From Candidatus Rokuibacteriota bacterium (GTDB lineage Bacteria; Methylomirabilota; Methylomirabilia; Rokubacteriales; CSP1-6): a stretch of DNA of 64,000 nt. The position numbers and the translations under genes are program-made. The stretch is from contig JACPCF010000008.1 of NCBI GenBank assembly GCA_016179965.1, positions 9,601 through 73,600 of the forward strand, read 5' to 3'. The notes beneath the pieces are model-generated. The model was not told the DNA's origin. It saw nothing but the letters and a program-made list of their open reading frames with translations, and ran no database searches. Positions 46,636 to 55,165 of this stretch are shown in pieces (positions within the stretch are counted from its first letter, which is position 1; each line of letters begins with the position of its first letter).

Positions 46636-47942
46636 CCGATCAACCCCACTCCTGGCCCCGGTACGCGAAGGAGATCACCGACCCCGCGCTGGCTCACGAG
46701 AAGCCGGAGGCGCTGGACGACCTCCGGGTGCTCGACGCCAGCAGCGGGAACTTCGCCGCCCTGTTCGCCTCGTCGATCCTCGCGGAGTTCGGGGCCGAAG
46801 TGATCCGCCTGGAGCCGCCGGGGGGGGACGTGGCCCGGCTGTTCTCCCCTCAAGGCGTGAAGCACCGGGGCACGGGCCTGGCCTACCTGGTCGAGGCGCG
46901 GAACAAGCGCCACATCACGCTGAACCTCGACAAGCCGGCGGGGCGCGAGCTGTTCGCCCGCCTGGCCCGGCACGTGGACGTCGTGATCGAAAGCGCCAAG
47001 CCGGGGCAGATGGATGCCTGGGGCATCGGCTACCGGCGGCTGAGCGCGGGAAACCCGAGGCTGATCTACCTGGCGTTCTCGACCTACGGCCAGTTCGGGC
47101 CCAAGGCCGCCTCGCCGATCCCCGATTACGACATCACGAACCAGGCCCTCTCCGGCACGCCCTACACGACCGGGGAACCCGCAGGGGAGGGCGGGCCCGA
47201 ATCCTCGGTTCCCACGAAGCAGGGCAACTGGATGGCCTGGTACGTCGGCGGCGGGTGGGGGGCCTTCGCCGTGCTGGCGGCCCTGATCTGGCGGGAGGCC
47301 TCCGGCCAGGGGCAGTTCATCGACTGCTCGCCGGCCGAGGCCGAGATGCGCTTCACGGACTACGACATCCACTGGTATCACGCGAACAAGCGGATCCGCG
47401 AGCGTCTGGGGGCGCTGAACGTCAGCGTCTTTCCCTACACGCTCATTAAGACGAAGGACTCCTACTCGTTCATCGCCGGGTTCTCCGATATCAACTGGAC
47501 CGGCCTCACCAACATCGTGGGTCGGCCCGATCTGAAGGAACGCTACCCCACGACGAAGGCCCGGATCGGGGAGAGCAAGCTGCTCCACCGCGAGCTGGAG
47601 GGCTGGGCCGCCGGCCTCACCTCCCAGGAAGTCCTCGACCGAGTCCAGGACTACGTGGCCAACAAGCGGGGCCCGGGGACCGTGGCCTCCGCCCGCCTCA
47701 ATCGGCCTTCCGATACCCTCGGCGAAACTCATTGGTGGGAACGGGGGGTCTTTGAGAGAATAGGAGATCCGGACTACGGGGAGCTCCTGCTGCAGGCGCC
47801 CCCGTGGAAGATGTCCCGGACGCCGCCCCGGATCAAGTGGGCCTGCCGGCCGGTGGGGGCGGACAACGAGATGGTGTACCTGAAGTACCTGGGCCTGGGC
47901 CGGGAGCGGCTCCAGGCCCTGAAGGCCGAGGGCGTCATCTAG
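46632..47942 (+). CDS. family III CoA-transferase, paralogue 4
   Basis: ATGA overlap with paralogue 3; LRVLDASSGNFAALFASSILAEFGAEVIRLEPPGGD. Confidence 0.85.
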   Translation: MTDQPHSWPRYAKEITDPALAHEKPEALDDLRVLDASSGNFAALFASSILAEFGAEVIRLEPPGGDVARLFSPQGVKHRGTGLAYLVEARNKRHITLNLDKPAGRELFARLARHVDVVIESAKPGQMDAWGIGYRRLSAGNPRLIYLAFSTYGQFGPKAASPIPDYDITNQALSGTPYTTGEPAGEGGPESSVPTKQGNWMAWYVGGGWGAFAVLAALIWREASGQGQFIDCSPAEAEMRFTDYDIHWYHANKRIRERLGALNVSVFPYTLIKTKDSYSFIAGFSDINWTGLTNIVGRPDLKERYPTTKARIGESKLLHRELEGWAAGLTSQEVLDRVQDYVANKRGPGTVASARLNRPSDTLGETHWWERGVFERIGDPDYGELLLQAPPWKMSRTPPRIKWACRPVGADNEMVYLKYLGLGRERLQALKAEGVI

Positions 47943-47983
47943 CGCCCCGGCGAGCGTGCGGCGCGGTAGAAAAGGAGGACGCG

Positions 47984-48373
47984 ATGGGTTTCAAACTGGT
48001 GAGCGCGGTCCTGATGGTAGCCCTGGCTCTGAGCGGGCCCTTGGTGCCCCTGGTCTGGGCGCAGGAGAAGACCGAGGGGCAGATGGCTCCCGCCAAGAAG
48101 GATGACGGTGCCTGGGAGTTCGCCGCGGGGGTCACCAACACGATCGCCGTCCCCGGCCGGGCCTTCCTGTGTGGCGTTGGCGCGCTGACAGGGGTGGCGG
48201 TGCTCCTGATCACGTTCGGCAGCGGCACCGAGGCGGCAGCGGGCGTCTGGAACGGGTCGTGCGCGGGCAAGTGGACCGTCACGGCGGCGGACCTGAAGCC
48301 GAAGGGTGAGGACTCGCAGTACATTACTGACCGGCCGGACTATAGGAAGTCGGACTACCAGAGGACAGAATAA
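47984..48373 (+). CDS. small secreted protein, hypothetical
   Basis: RBS AAAGGAGGA; signal peptide MGFKLVSAVLMVALALSGPLVPLVWAQ. Confidence 0.5.
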   Translation: MGFKLVSAVLMVALALSGPLVPLVWAQEKTEGQMAPAKKDDGAWEFAAGVTNTIAVPGRAFLCGVGALTGVAVLLITFGSGTEAAAGVWNGSCAGKWTVTAADLKPKGEDSQYITDRPDYRKSDYQRTE

Positions 48374-48386
48374 CCAGAGGTCAGCC

Positions 48387-48983
48387 ATGGGGGAGATCCT
48401 CTGCCCGAGCTGCCACCACTTTGTCCCGGCCCTGGACCCAAACATCGCCCGGGCCTTCCTCGGCGCCTGCAAGAAAAAGGAGGCGCCGTTCCTCCTGATC
48501 CTGCCGAAGGAGGGCGTCACCGAGTGCGACGTGTACCTGAAGGCTTCGAAACGGGCTCAGGTGGCGGGCCCGGAAAGGGTCGGCGTCAGCCCGGCAGCGA
48601 AGGCCGCGGGCCCCGCCGAGAAGCGCCTGGCGTTCTTCTACTCCAGCGCCACCGTGCCGGGGGAGCAGTTTCCGTGTGATCCGAAGAAGGCCCTGTCCCT
48701 CCTGGAGCAGCTCAAGGCCCGGGGAGTCCAGTGCGAGGTCCGAGATGTCGCGAAGCAGAAGGACGTGTTCCCCGACTACCACAAGGCGGTGACCGGCCCC
48801 AGCGCCCAGAAGCGGCCGGTCTTCGGAGCCAAGGGCGCTCTCGAGGAGGACTTCGGCCGCCGGGTCCCAGCGCTCATGATCTTCGAGGGCGATCGCTATC
48901 CGACTGAAGTCTTTCCCCGGATGGATCGAGAGCTGAACCGGGTCCTCGGCGTGGAGGAGGCCCTCGAGCGCCTGCTGAAGTAA
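48387..48983 (+). CDS. thioredoxin-fold protein with N-terminal CPSC motif (glutaredoxin/ArsC-like), hypothetical
   Basis: ILCPSCHHF redox motif near the N-terminus; second half (VQCEVRDVAKQKDV...) ArsC/Spx-like. Confidence 0.45.
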   Translation: MGEILCPSCHHFVPALDPNIARAFLGACKKKEAPFLLILPKEGVTECDVYLKASKRAQVAGPERVGVSPAAKAAGPAEKRLAFFYSSATVPGEQFPCDPKKALSLLEQLKARGVQCEVRDVAKQKDVFPDYHKAVTGPSAQKRPVFGAKGALEEDFGRRVPALMIFEGDRYPTEVFPRMDRELNRVLGVEEALERLLK

Positions 48984-48993
48984 TCACCCTGCG

Positions 48994-50649
48994 ATGGGCA
49001 AGATCCCTCCGCACTACCTGCCGCCGAAGGAGCTCTGGCCTCAGCGGCTCTATACCCTGCCTGAGCACAAGACGTATCCCCAGAAGCTGAACTCCACCGA
49101 AGAACTGGTGGACCGCCACGTGGAGGCCGGCAGCGGCGACCGCGTGGCGATCCTCTTCGAAGACCAGAAGATCACCTACAAGGCCCTCCAGGCGGGGGTC
49201 AACAAGCTCGGCTCGTCGCTCAAGGGGCTCGGCATCGAGGAGGAGGACCGCGTGCTCCTCCGCTCCCCGTCCATCCCCCCGGCTCTGGTCGCCAACTTCG
49301 CCGTCATCAAGATCGGGGCGATCGCCGTGCCGACCTCGCCCCTCTTCTCCCGAGCGGAGCTCGCCCACGTGGCGGCGAACACGGAGGCCGTCGCCCTCAT
49401 CGTGGCGGCCCCCCTGCTGGAGGAGGTGGAGAAGGCGCGCGCCGACCTCAAGACGATCACGCACATCATCGTCATCGGTGGCGAGCCCGCGGATCTGAAG
49501 GCCAAGGGCTACATCCCCTACGGCGAGCTGATGGCCAAGGGGTCGGAGAGGCTCGAGCCCGTTCGCCGGGACCGGATGGCGGTGTCGGTGCTGCTCTTCA
49601 CCTCAGGGACCACCGGCCTCCCCAAGGGCACCGTTCACTTCATGGAGGAGGCGCTGATCGTCCCCGACGGCTTCGGCAAGTACGGCTGGCGGGTCACCCC
49701 GGACGACGTGATCGGCGGTCCGGCGCCGCTGTCGCTGGCGGCGGGCTACTCGACCCAGGCCGTCATCCCCTTCCGCTTCGGCGGCGCGGTCTCGCTGCTG
49801 CCGCGCTTCACGCCGGAGGGGATGTTCGAGACGATCCAAAAGCACCGAGTCACGGTCGTGTCCATCCTCCCCACCGCGTACCGGAAGATGCTCCAGGTGC
49901 CGAACGCGGAGAAGACCTATGACATCTCCTCGGTCAGGATCTTCACCGGGGGCGGGGAATCGCTGACCGCCCAGACCTACCACGACTGGAAGACCAAGTT
50001 CGGCAAGGAGATCTACGAGGGGCTCGGCACCACGGAGATGATGTTCGTCTTCGTCTCCTCCGCCGTCACCCGCAAGGTGAAGCCCGGCGCCATCGGCCCG
50101 GCCGTGCCCGGCTACGAGCTCCGGGTGATCACCGAGGACGGCAAGGAGTGCAAGCCCGGGGAGGTCGGGCTCCTGATCGCGCGGGGGCCCACGGGGACGG
50201 TGTATTGGCGTGATCCAGATAAGCAGCGCTCCGCGGTGAGGGAGGGCTGGTGCCGCGCCGGCGACTTCGTCACGCTGGATGAGGACGGCTACGTCTGGTT
50301 CCTCTCGCGGGAAGACGACCTGATCAAGTCCTCAGGCTACCGGATCGGCCCCGAGGAAATCGAGGAGGCCCTGGCCAAGCATGCCGCCGTGGCCGACGTG
50401 GGCGTCATCGGGGTCCCCGACGCCGTGCGCGGCCAGAACACGCGCGCCTATGTAGTTCCCAAGCCCGGCTCGGCGCCCTCGGAGGCGCTCAAGCAGGAGC
50501 TGATCGAGTTCTGCCGCGACAAGATCGCGGTGTACAAACTCCCCCGCGAGATCGAGTTCACCGAGAGCCTGCCTCGCGCCCCGGGCCCCGCCGGCCCGGG
50601 GACCGGAAAGCTCCTGCGCCGCGTCCTCCGCGAGAAGCTGAAGGCTTAG
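48994..50649 (+). CDS. AMP-forming acyl-CoA or aryl-CoA ligase (adenylate-forming family)
   Basis: AMP-binding signature TSGTTGLPKG, YGTTE-like GLGTTE, GYRIGPEEIE hinge, C-terminal conserved Lys region. Confidence 0.85.
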   Translation: MGKIPPHYLPPKELWPQRLYTLPEHKTYPQKLNSTEELVDRHVEAGSGDRVAILFEDQKITYKALQAGVNKLGSSLKGLGIEEEDRVLLRSPSIPPALVANFAVIKIGAIAVPTSPLFSRAELAHVAANTEAVALIVAAPLLEEVEKARADLKTITHIIVIGGEPADLKAKGYIPYGELMAKGSERLEPVRRDRMAVSVLLFTSGTTGLPKGTVHFMEEALIVPDGFGKYGWRVTPDDVIGGPAPLSLAAGYSTQAVIPFRFGGAVSLLPRFTPEGMFETIQKHRVTVVSILPTAYRKMLQVPNAEKTYDISSVRIFTGGGESLTAQTYHDWKTKFGKEIYEGLGTTEMMFVFVSSAVTRKVKPGAIGPAVPGYELRVITEDGKECKPGEVGLLIARGPTGTVYWRDPDKQRSAVREGWCRAGDFVTLDEDGYVWFLSREDDLIKSSGYRIGPEEIEEALAKHAAVADVGVIGVPDAVRGQNTRAYVVPKPGSAPSEALKQELIEFCRDKIAVYKLPREIEFTESLPRAPGPAGPGTGKLLRRVLREKLKA

Positions 50650-50657
50650 CGTCTCAG

Positions 50658-50716
50658 GGGGTCAGGTCTTGCAATAACGCATCGTAACGAATTGTTGGAT
50701 TGCAAGACCTGACCCC
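50658..50716 (+). promoter_or_regulatory. 18-bp perfect inverted repeat (GGGGTCAGGTCTTGCAAT, 23-nt loop, ATTGCAAGACCTGACCCC) ending at the ATG of the next gene
   Basis: Sits 9 nt after the ligase stop; right arm abuts the CusF-like start codon at 50717 with no free Shine-Dalgarno; no T-run. Confidence 0.5.
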
Positions 50717-51040
50717 ATGTGGAAGGTGGTCGCCCTGTTCGTGGTTCTCCTGCTGGGTTTCGCCCTCGGCATCTGGGGGACCTACCGCGCGGTCTATCCC
50801 GAGAAGGGGGTGCACCGTCTGACTGCGGTCTTCCAGTCGCGGGCGGGGGACACGGCGATCCTGGTCGGCCACGAGGCCATTCCCGCCCTCTCGATGGGCT
50901 CCATGGAACTGATGGCCTTCGACGTCGAGTCGAGGGCCTTGGTGGATCAGGCCGGGCTCAAGCCCGGTGACCGCGTCCGGCTCACCATCCGTCAGACGCG
51001 CGATCGCCTCCTGGTGGTGAAAATCGACAAGTTCCGGTGA
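50717..51040 (+). CDS. CusF-like periplasmic Cu(I)/Ag(I)-binding protein
   Basis: N-terminal TM/signal, then small beta-barrel pattern AILVGHEAIPALSMGSMELMAF...GDRVRLTI collinear with CusF (His, Met, Met ligands). Confidence 0.6.
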   Translation: MWKVVALFVVLLLGFALGIWGTYRAVYPEKGVHRLTAVFQSRAGDTAILVGHEAIPALSMGSMELMAFDVESRALVDQAGLKPGDRVRLTIRQTRDRLLVVKIDKFR

Positions 51041-51194
51041 CGCGTCAGAACCAGCGCCGCAGCCACCACTTCTCGAACCAGATCTTCCCCCAGTGCCAGA
51101 TCCTGCCGGGGGAACGCAGCCTGAGGACGGGAGCCGGGTCCGCGTAAAAGTTCCCCCCTGCGTAGGCGGCCACACCGTGGCCCATTTCCAGGAT

Positions 51195-52193
51195 TCAGTA
51201 GCCGTCGCCCTGGAAGGCCCGCCGGCCGCCGCGGCCGGTGATCTCGGCCGCGATGTTCGCGGCCACGGCCTCCGCCTCGTAGTGGGCGAAGACCCCGGCC
51301 TTGGGGAGCATCAGTCCGACCGGCAGCTTGATCGCCGTGACATCACCGAGGGCATAGACGCCCTCATGAGCGGTCTGGAGGGTCCCCTTGTCTACCGGCA
51401 CCCAGCCGGCCTCTCCCACCAGCCCGGACTCCTTGACCACAGGCGGGCAGCGGTGGGGCGGAATCGCCACGAGGAGGTCGTAGTCGGCCCGCTCCCCGTT
51501 CTCGAAGACCAGCTCCTGCCGCTCGGATTCCACCGCCTGGAGCTTGTGCTGAGGGTGGAAGTCGATGCCCTTGCTCGCGACCATGGCCTTCACGGCTTCT
51601 CCCATCGCCTTGCCCGCGACGGGCATCGGAAGAGGCTCGGGGGTGTAGATGTCCAGCCGAGCCCGCTCGCGGAGCCCCCGCTCCCGGAGGGAGGCCTCGA
51701 TCAGCATCGCCGCCTCGTAGGGGGCCCCGGGGCACTTGAAGGGCAGGCTTGCTACCGTCACCGTCACCCGGCCTTCCTTGAACGACGTGAGGGCCTGACG
51801 GAGCCCCAGCACGCCGTCCAGATCGTAGAGGTTATGGCCGCCCTCTGCCAGGCCGGGGACCGCCTCCGCCCGCCCCTCGGCCCCGAGGGCCACGATCAGG
51901 AAGTCGCCTGAGATCTGGCGCTTGTCGGTCCTGACGAGGCGCCGGGCCGGGTCGATCTCCCTGATCTCCTCGTGCACCACTTCGATTCCCTTCCGCTCCA
52001 GCCGGCTCAGGTCGCGGGTGATCTCCCGCGGCTCCCGCCATCCGAGCATCATCCAGAGAAAGGACGGGGTATAGACGTGCTGCGCCGCGCGGTCCACGAG
52101 GACGATCCGGTGCTTCCGGTCGAGGCTCCGCCTCAGCGTGTTGGCGGCCACCAGCCCTCCCACGCCCCCGCCGAGAATCACGATCGTCGCCAT
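51195..52193 (-). CDS. FAD-dependent pyridine-nucleotide-disulfide-family oxidoreductase, sulfide:quinone oxidoreductase-like
   Basis: Rossmann motif IVILGGGVGG at the N-terminus, second dinucleotide site, Cys-containing FKCPGAPYE segment, C-terminal GDV motif; 332-aa real CDS within a 524-aa ORF-track artefact. Confidence 0.7.
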   Translation of the reverse strand: MATIVILGGGVGGLVAANTLRRSLDRKHRIVLVDRAAQHVYTPSFLWMMLGWREPREITRDLSRLERKGIEVVHEEIREIDPARRLVRTDKRQISGDFLIVALGAEGRAEAVPGLAEGGHNLYDLDGVLGLRQALTSFKEGRVTVTVASLPFKCPGAPYEAAMLIEASLRERGLRERARLDIYTPEPLPMPVAGKAMGEAVKAMVASKGIDFHPQHKLQAVESERQELVFENGERADYDLLVAIPPHRCPPVVKESGLVGEAGWVPVDKGTLQTAHEGVYALGDVTAIKLPVGLMLPKAGVFAHYEAEAVAANIAAEITGRGGRRAFQGDGY

Positions 52194-52204
52194 CGCTTGG
52201 CTCC

Positions 52205-52867
52205 TTACCCCCGTCGCCCCGTCACGGCCAGAAAGGTGGCCAGCCCGGGCGTCCACCGGGCCCCTGCTGTTTCCCAGCCTCGAAGATACCGCACCCCGCG
52301 ACGGCGGGAAACGGGCAAGAAGTGGACCGCCCCGCGCCACCGGAGATCGCGGAATCCCCCCTCCTCCAGCAGCCGCCTCAGGTCTCCGAGGCCCAGAAAG
52401 GCCGCGTGCCGCCAGACGGATCGGACGAAGTGTCGCTTCAGGCGGCGCCAGAGGGTCCAGAGCCCGGTCCGATTCAGGATCGCGACAAGGTCGAAGGCAC
52501 CTGCCCGGAAGGGCAGCGCGCCTCCGTCCGCTCGGACTAGCGCGAGGGCGATTCCCCCGCGCCGGGCCTTGGCGCGGGCGACCCGGAGCATCGGCTCGGA
52601 GACGTCCACGCCCACCACCCTGAAGCCCCGCTGGGCCAGCGCCAGGGCGTAGTTCCCCGTGCCGCAGGAGAGGTCGAGAGCCAGCGCGCCCGGCCTGGGC
52701 TCCAGCAGGGTGAAGATGGCGTTCTTCTCCGGCTGATCGACGAGCCGGCCGACGGGCGTCTCGTACCACAGGTCGTACGACGAGGCAAGCGCGTCGAACG
52801 CCGCAGCCGGCTCTGGACCCGGCTCGGCCCTACCACCCCCTTCCCGCGGGCTTCGTTCGGCCCTCAA
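52205..52867 (-). CDS. class I SAM-dependent methyltransferase (start uncertain)
   Basis: Motif I LDLSCGTGNYALALA, post-I VGVDVSEPML; the only in-frame start candidates downstream of the small upstream ORF are TTG/CTG. Confidence 0.55.
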   Translation of the reverse strand: MRAERSPREGGGRAEPGPEPAAAFDALASSYDLWYETPVGRLVDQPEKNAIFTLLEPRPGALALDLSCGTGNYALALAQRGFRVVGVDVSEPMLRVARAKARRGGIALALVRADGGALPFRAGAFDLVAILNRTGLWTLWRRLKRHFVRSVWRHAAFLGLGDLRRLLEEGGFRDLRWRGAVHFLPVSRRRGVRYLRGWETAGARWTPGLATFLAVTGRRG

Positions 52868-52920
52868 GGCCTTCCGCCCTTCTCTCTCACCCCTGCGGCC
52901 CGCAGGATGACCATGGACGG

Positions 52921-53074
52921 TCAGAAGTTCGTGAAGGCCGACTGGATCAGGTTCACCCCCATCAGGCCGGCCAGCCACAGCCATAGAGGGGTGTGGTAAA
53001 CGGCGAGGAGGACGCTGGCGAGGACTATGATCCCCCCCCAGCAGTCGGAGCCACTGCTCCATGTACAGCGTCAC
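52921..53074 (-). other. candidate about 50-aa small membrane protein (DUF2892-like end ...[12 protein letters not shown]) whose reading frame is broken at a G8 homopolymer
   Basis: Strong RBS AAAGGAGGTGA 7 nt before GTG 53074. N-terminal [14 protein letters not shown] runs into GGGGGGGG (~53022-53029), after which the +1 frame gives [36 protein letters not shown]. Confidence 0.3.
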
Positions 53075-53090
53075 AGTTGGTCACCTCCTT

Positions 53091-54350
53091 TCAGAAGGCG
53101 TAGCGGACGACGGCGTAGAGGTTCGAGTTTCCCTCGAACTGGCCGAACTCGGCGCGGCGAGGGCCGCCGAAGAGGTTCAGGCCAAGGGCGGCCCACAGGG
53201 CATCCGTCACGTTGTATTTGACCTCGGGGTTCACGTAGAAGTCCCCCTCGTTGGGGCTTCCGAGGACGAACAGGCCGAGCCTCAGCGTCTGGTTCCAGAA
53301 GAGCTGGGTGAGCCGCGCCGTGAGGACATGGCGGATGGTCGGGCGGTTGGCCATCCCGGGCCCCCGGGTCGCCCGGTACGCGTCGTGGTCCTCCATGACG
53401 TCGCCGGCGTACTGGAGGCCCAGCGTCAGGTCCGGCGCCAGCTCCCGCTGGTATCCGGCCAGATACTTCCCCCGGGAGTTCTCGACGGCGGCGTTCCGCC
53501 CCGACCGGTCCCGCCGCGAGTCGTAATAGCCCCCCTCGAGGCTCACCACCCCGCCCAGCGCCGCCCCCTGGGCGCTCCAGCCGTAGACGTTGAGCGGCGG
53601 GAAGAAAAGGCGGAGGCGCGGGCCCGGCTCGACCTCCCCCGCCGGGGCGCGGTGGAACCCGCGGTAGGCGTAGAGCGACAGGTCCCAGCCCAGGAGGTTC
53701 CTGAAGAGCCTTCCCCCCACCTCCGGGCCTTCGGCGCCCGGCGAGGGGTCATCAGTGTTACGGCTCTCGATCGCGGCCATGGGGTCGTTGAAGCGCAGCC
53801 GTCCCCCTGCTTCGGGCAGCGTGTCGGCCTCGAAGCGGGGAACGAGCACGACCTGAAGCGACGTGCCGCCCCAGTGGCCGGTGGCCGAGAGCCCGTCCGA
53901 CCCTTTTTTCAGATATTCGAGCGGGAGGCCGGAGATGAAGGCCACCCAGTCCTTGGGGAAGACGTCGTTGATGAAGATCAGGTCGCCCACTCCCCAGGTG
54001 ATGATCTGCCGTCCCAGTCTGAGGTCCACGGCCGGAAATCGAAGGTCCAGGTAGCCTTCCCGCAGGTCGCCGTCCACCTCGCCCCCCACGGCATCGCCGA
54101 TCAGCTCGCCCTTGGCGACGAGCCCCCACCACTCGCCGCGCGGGGTCAGCTCGAGCCGCCCCCGCCCCTCGCCGAGGACGAACTCCTCCCGGCACGCGAG
54201 CCGCTGGGTTCGAGGGCAACGGTCGGGCTGGATCAGCCGGTAGGCGGACGCGGCCTGGACAAAGCCGTGGAGCGGGATCTCCTCCGCCGCCGCGGCCCCC
54301 CGGGCGACCAGGAGCGAGGCGAGCAGGAGGAGCCCGAACCGGCGCCTCAC
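53091..54350 (-). CDS. outer-membrane beta-barrel protein (DUF1302-like), third gene of the MMPL export cassette
   Basis: Signal peptide RRFGLLLLASLLVARGAAAA; alternating amphipathic beta-strand pattern; C-terminal aromatic signature ...YAVVRYAF. Confidence 0.7.
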   Translation of the reverse strand: MRRRFGLLLLASLLVARGAAAAEEIPLHGFVQAASAYRLIQPDRCPRTQRLACREEFVLGEGRGRLELTPRGEWWGLVAKGELIGDAVGGEVDGDLREGYLDLRFPAVDLRLGRQIITWGVGDLIFINDVFPKDWVAFISGLPLEYLKKGSDGLSATGHWGGTSLQVVLVPRFEADTLPEAGGRLRFNDPMAAIESRNTDDPSPGAEGPEVGGRLFRNLLGWDLSLYAYRGFHRAPAGEVEPGPRLRLFFPPLNVYGWSAQGAALGGVVSLEGGYYDSRRDRSGRNAAVENSRGKYLAGYQRELAPDLTLGLQYAGDVMEDHDAYRATRGPGMANRPTIRHVLTARLTQLFWNQTLRLGLFVLGSPNEGDFYVNPEVKYNVTDALWAALGLNLFGGPRRAEFGQFEGNSNLYAVVRYAF

Positions 54351-55165
54351 CGGGAGAGTTCGGCCGGCGGCGCCCGGAGCGCGCGCTCGCTGAAGAGGTC
54401 GGGGGAGAGCTTCTGGTTGTAGCGGACGTCGGCAAAGACGGCCTCCGTGAAGTGGCCGGTCTGGGTGTTCTTCATGACCCGTTTGGTGACCGTCCAGAAC
54501 CCCTGGATCTCCTTCAGCTCCTCGGCCGTGAAGACCCGCGCGAGCTCGCCGCGCCGGTCGTAGTACTCTTCCTTCAGCGGAAGCCACGTGGCCTTGTCGA
54601 TCCAGGACACCTTCCGAGTGAAGTCCACGCTGCCCGGGTCCTTCGGGACGCTCTCGACGACGGAGGCGGCGCGCTCGCCGACCTTCTCCCCCCGGAGCAG
54701 CTTGTGGGTGTCCTCCTCGGGCTCCCGGCCGGAGACGTCCTCGTAGGAGAAGTCGGAGCCCGCGAAGCTCGACCGCTTGTCGCTGGCGGCGATCCGGCGC
54801 ACCAGCTTGAGGGCCGGGACGTAGAGCCAGCGGTCGTCGTCCCTCCCCGGGTACTTCCAGACCAGGAATGTCATGTCGCGCACGTCGGGTGGGCGGTGGA
54901 AGTAGATGAAGTACCGCTGCTCGCCCCCGTCCTGGAGGTCCCGCCGTGACATGGTGAGCTCCCGGACCCTCTCCTTGCCGTCCCGCGACACGAGGCGCAT
55001 CGTCACGCGCGCCCGCATGTCCTCCCCGGGGTAGAACATGGCCAGGTGGGCCTTGGCCATGATCTCCTCGGCCGTGGGCTGCGCGGCGGCCGGCGCCACC
55101 GCAAGCACAGCGAGACCCGCCACCACTGCCACCCAACCGGCCCGCCGAAGGCCGAGGACCATCAT
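54347..55165 (-). CDS. LolA-like outer-membrane lipoprotein-sorting-fold protein (DUF1329-like)
   Basis: Signal peptide; LolA-like domain; ATGA-type overlaps on both sides with the MMPL and OMP genes. Confidence 0.7.
   Translation of the reverse strand: MMVLGLRRAGWVAVVAGLAVLAVAPAAAQPTAEEIMAKAHLAMFYPGEDMRARVTMRLVSRDGKERVRELTMSRRDLQDGGEQRYFIYFHRPPDVRDMTFLVWKYPGRDDDRWLYVPALKLVRRIAASDKRSSFAGSDFSYEDVSGREPEEDTHKLLRGEKVGERAASVVESVPKDPGSVDFTRKVSWIDKATWLPLKEEYYDRRGELARVFTAEELKEIQGFWTVTKRVMKNTQTGHFTEAVFADVRYNQKLSPDLFSERALRAPPAELSR

Noticed and set aside
53091-55136. 681-aa ORF joining the outer-membrane-protein gene to upstream sequence
   Set aside because: The N-terminal 260 residues are an R/G/A-rich artefact overlapping the LolA-like gene. 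The real CDS starts at the GTG giving a signal peptide (54350).
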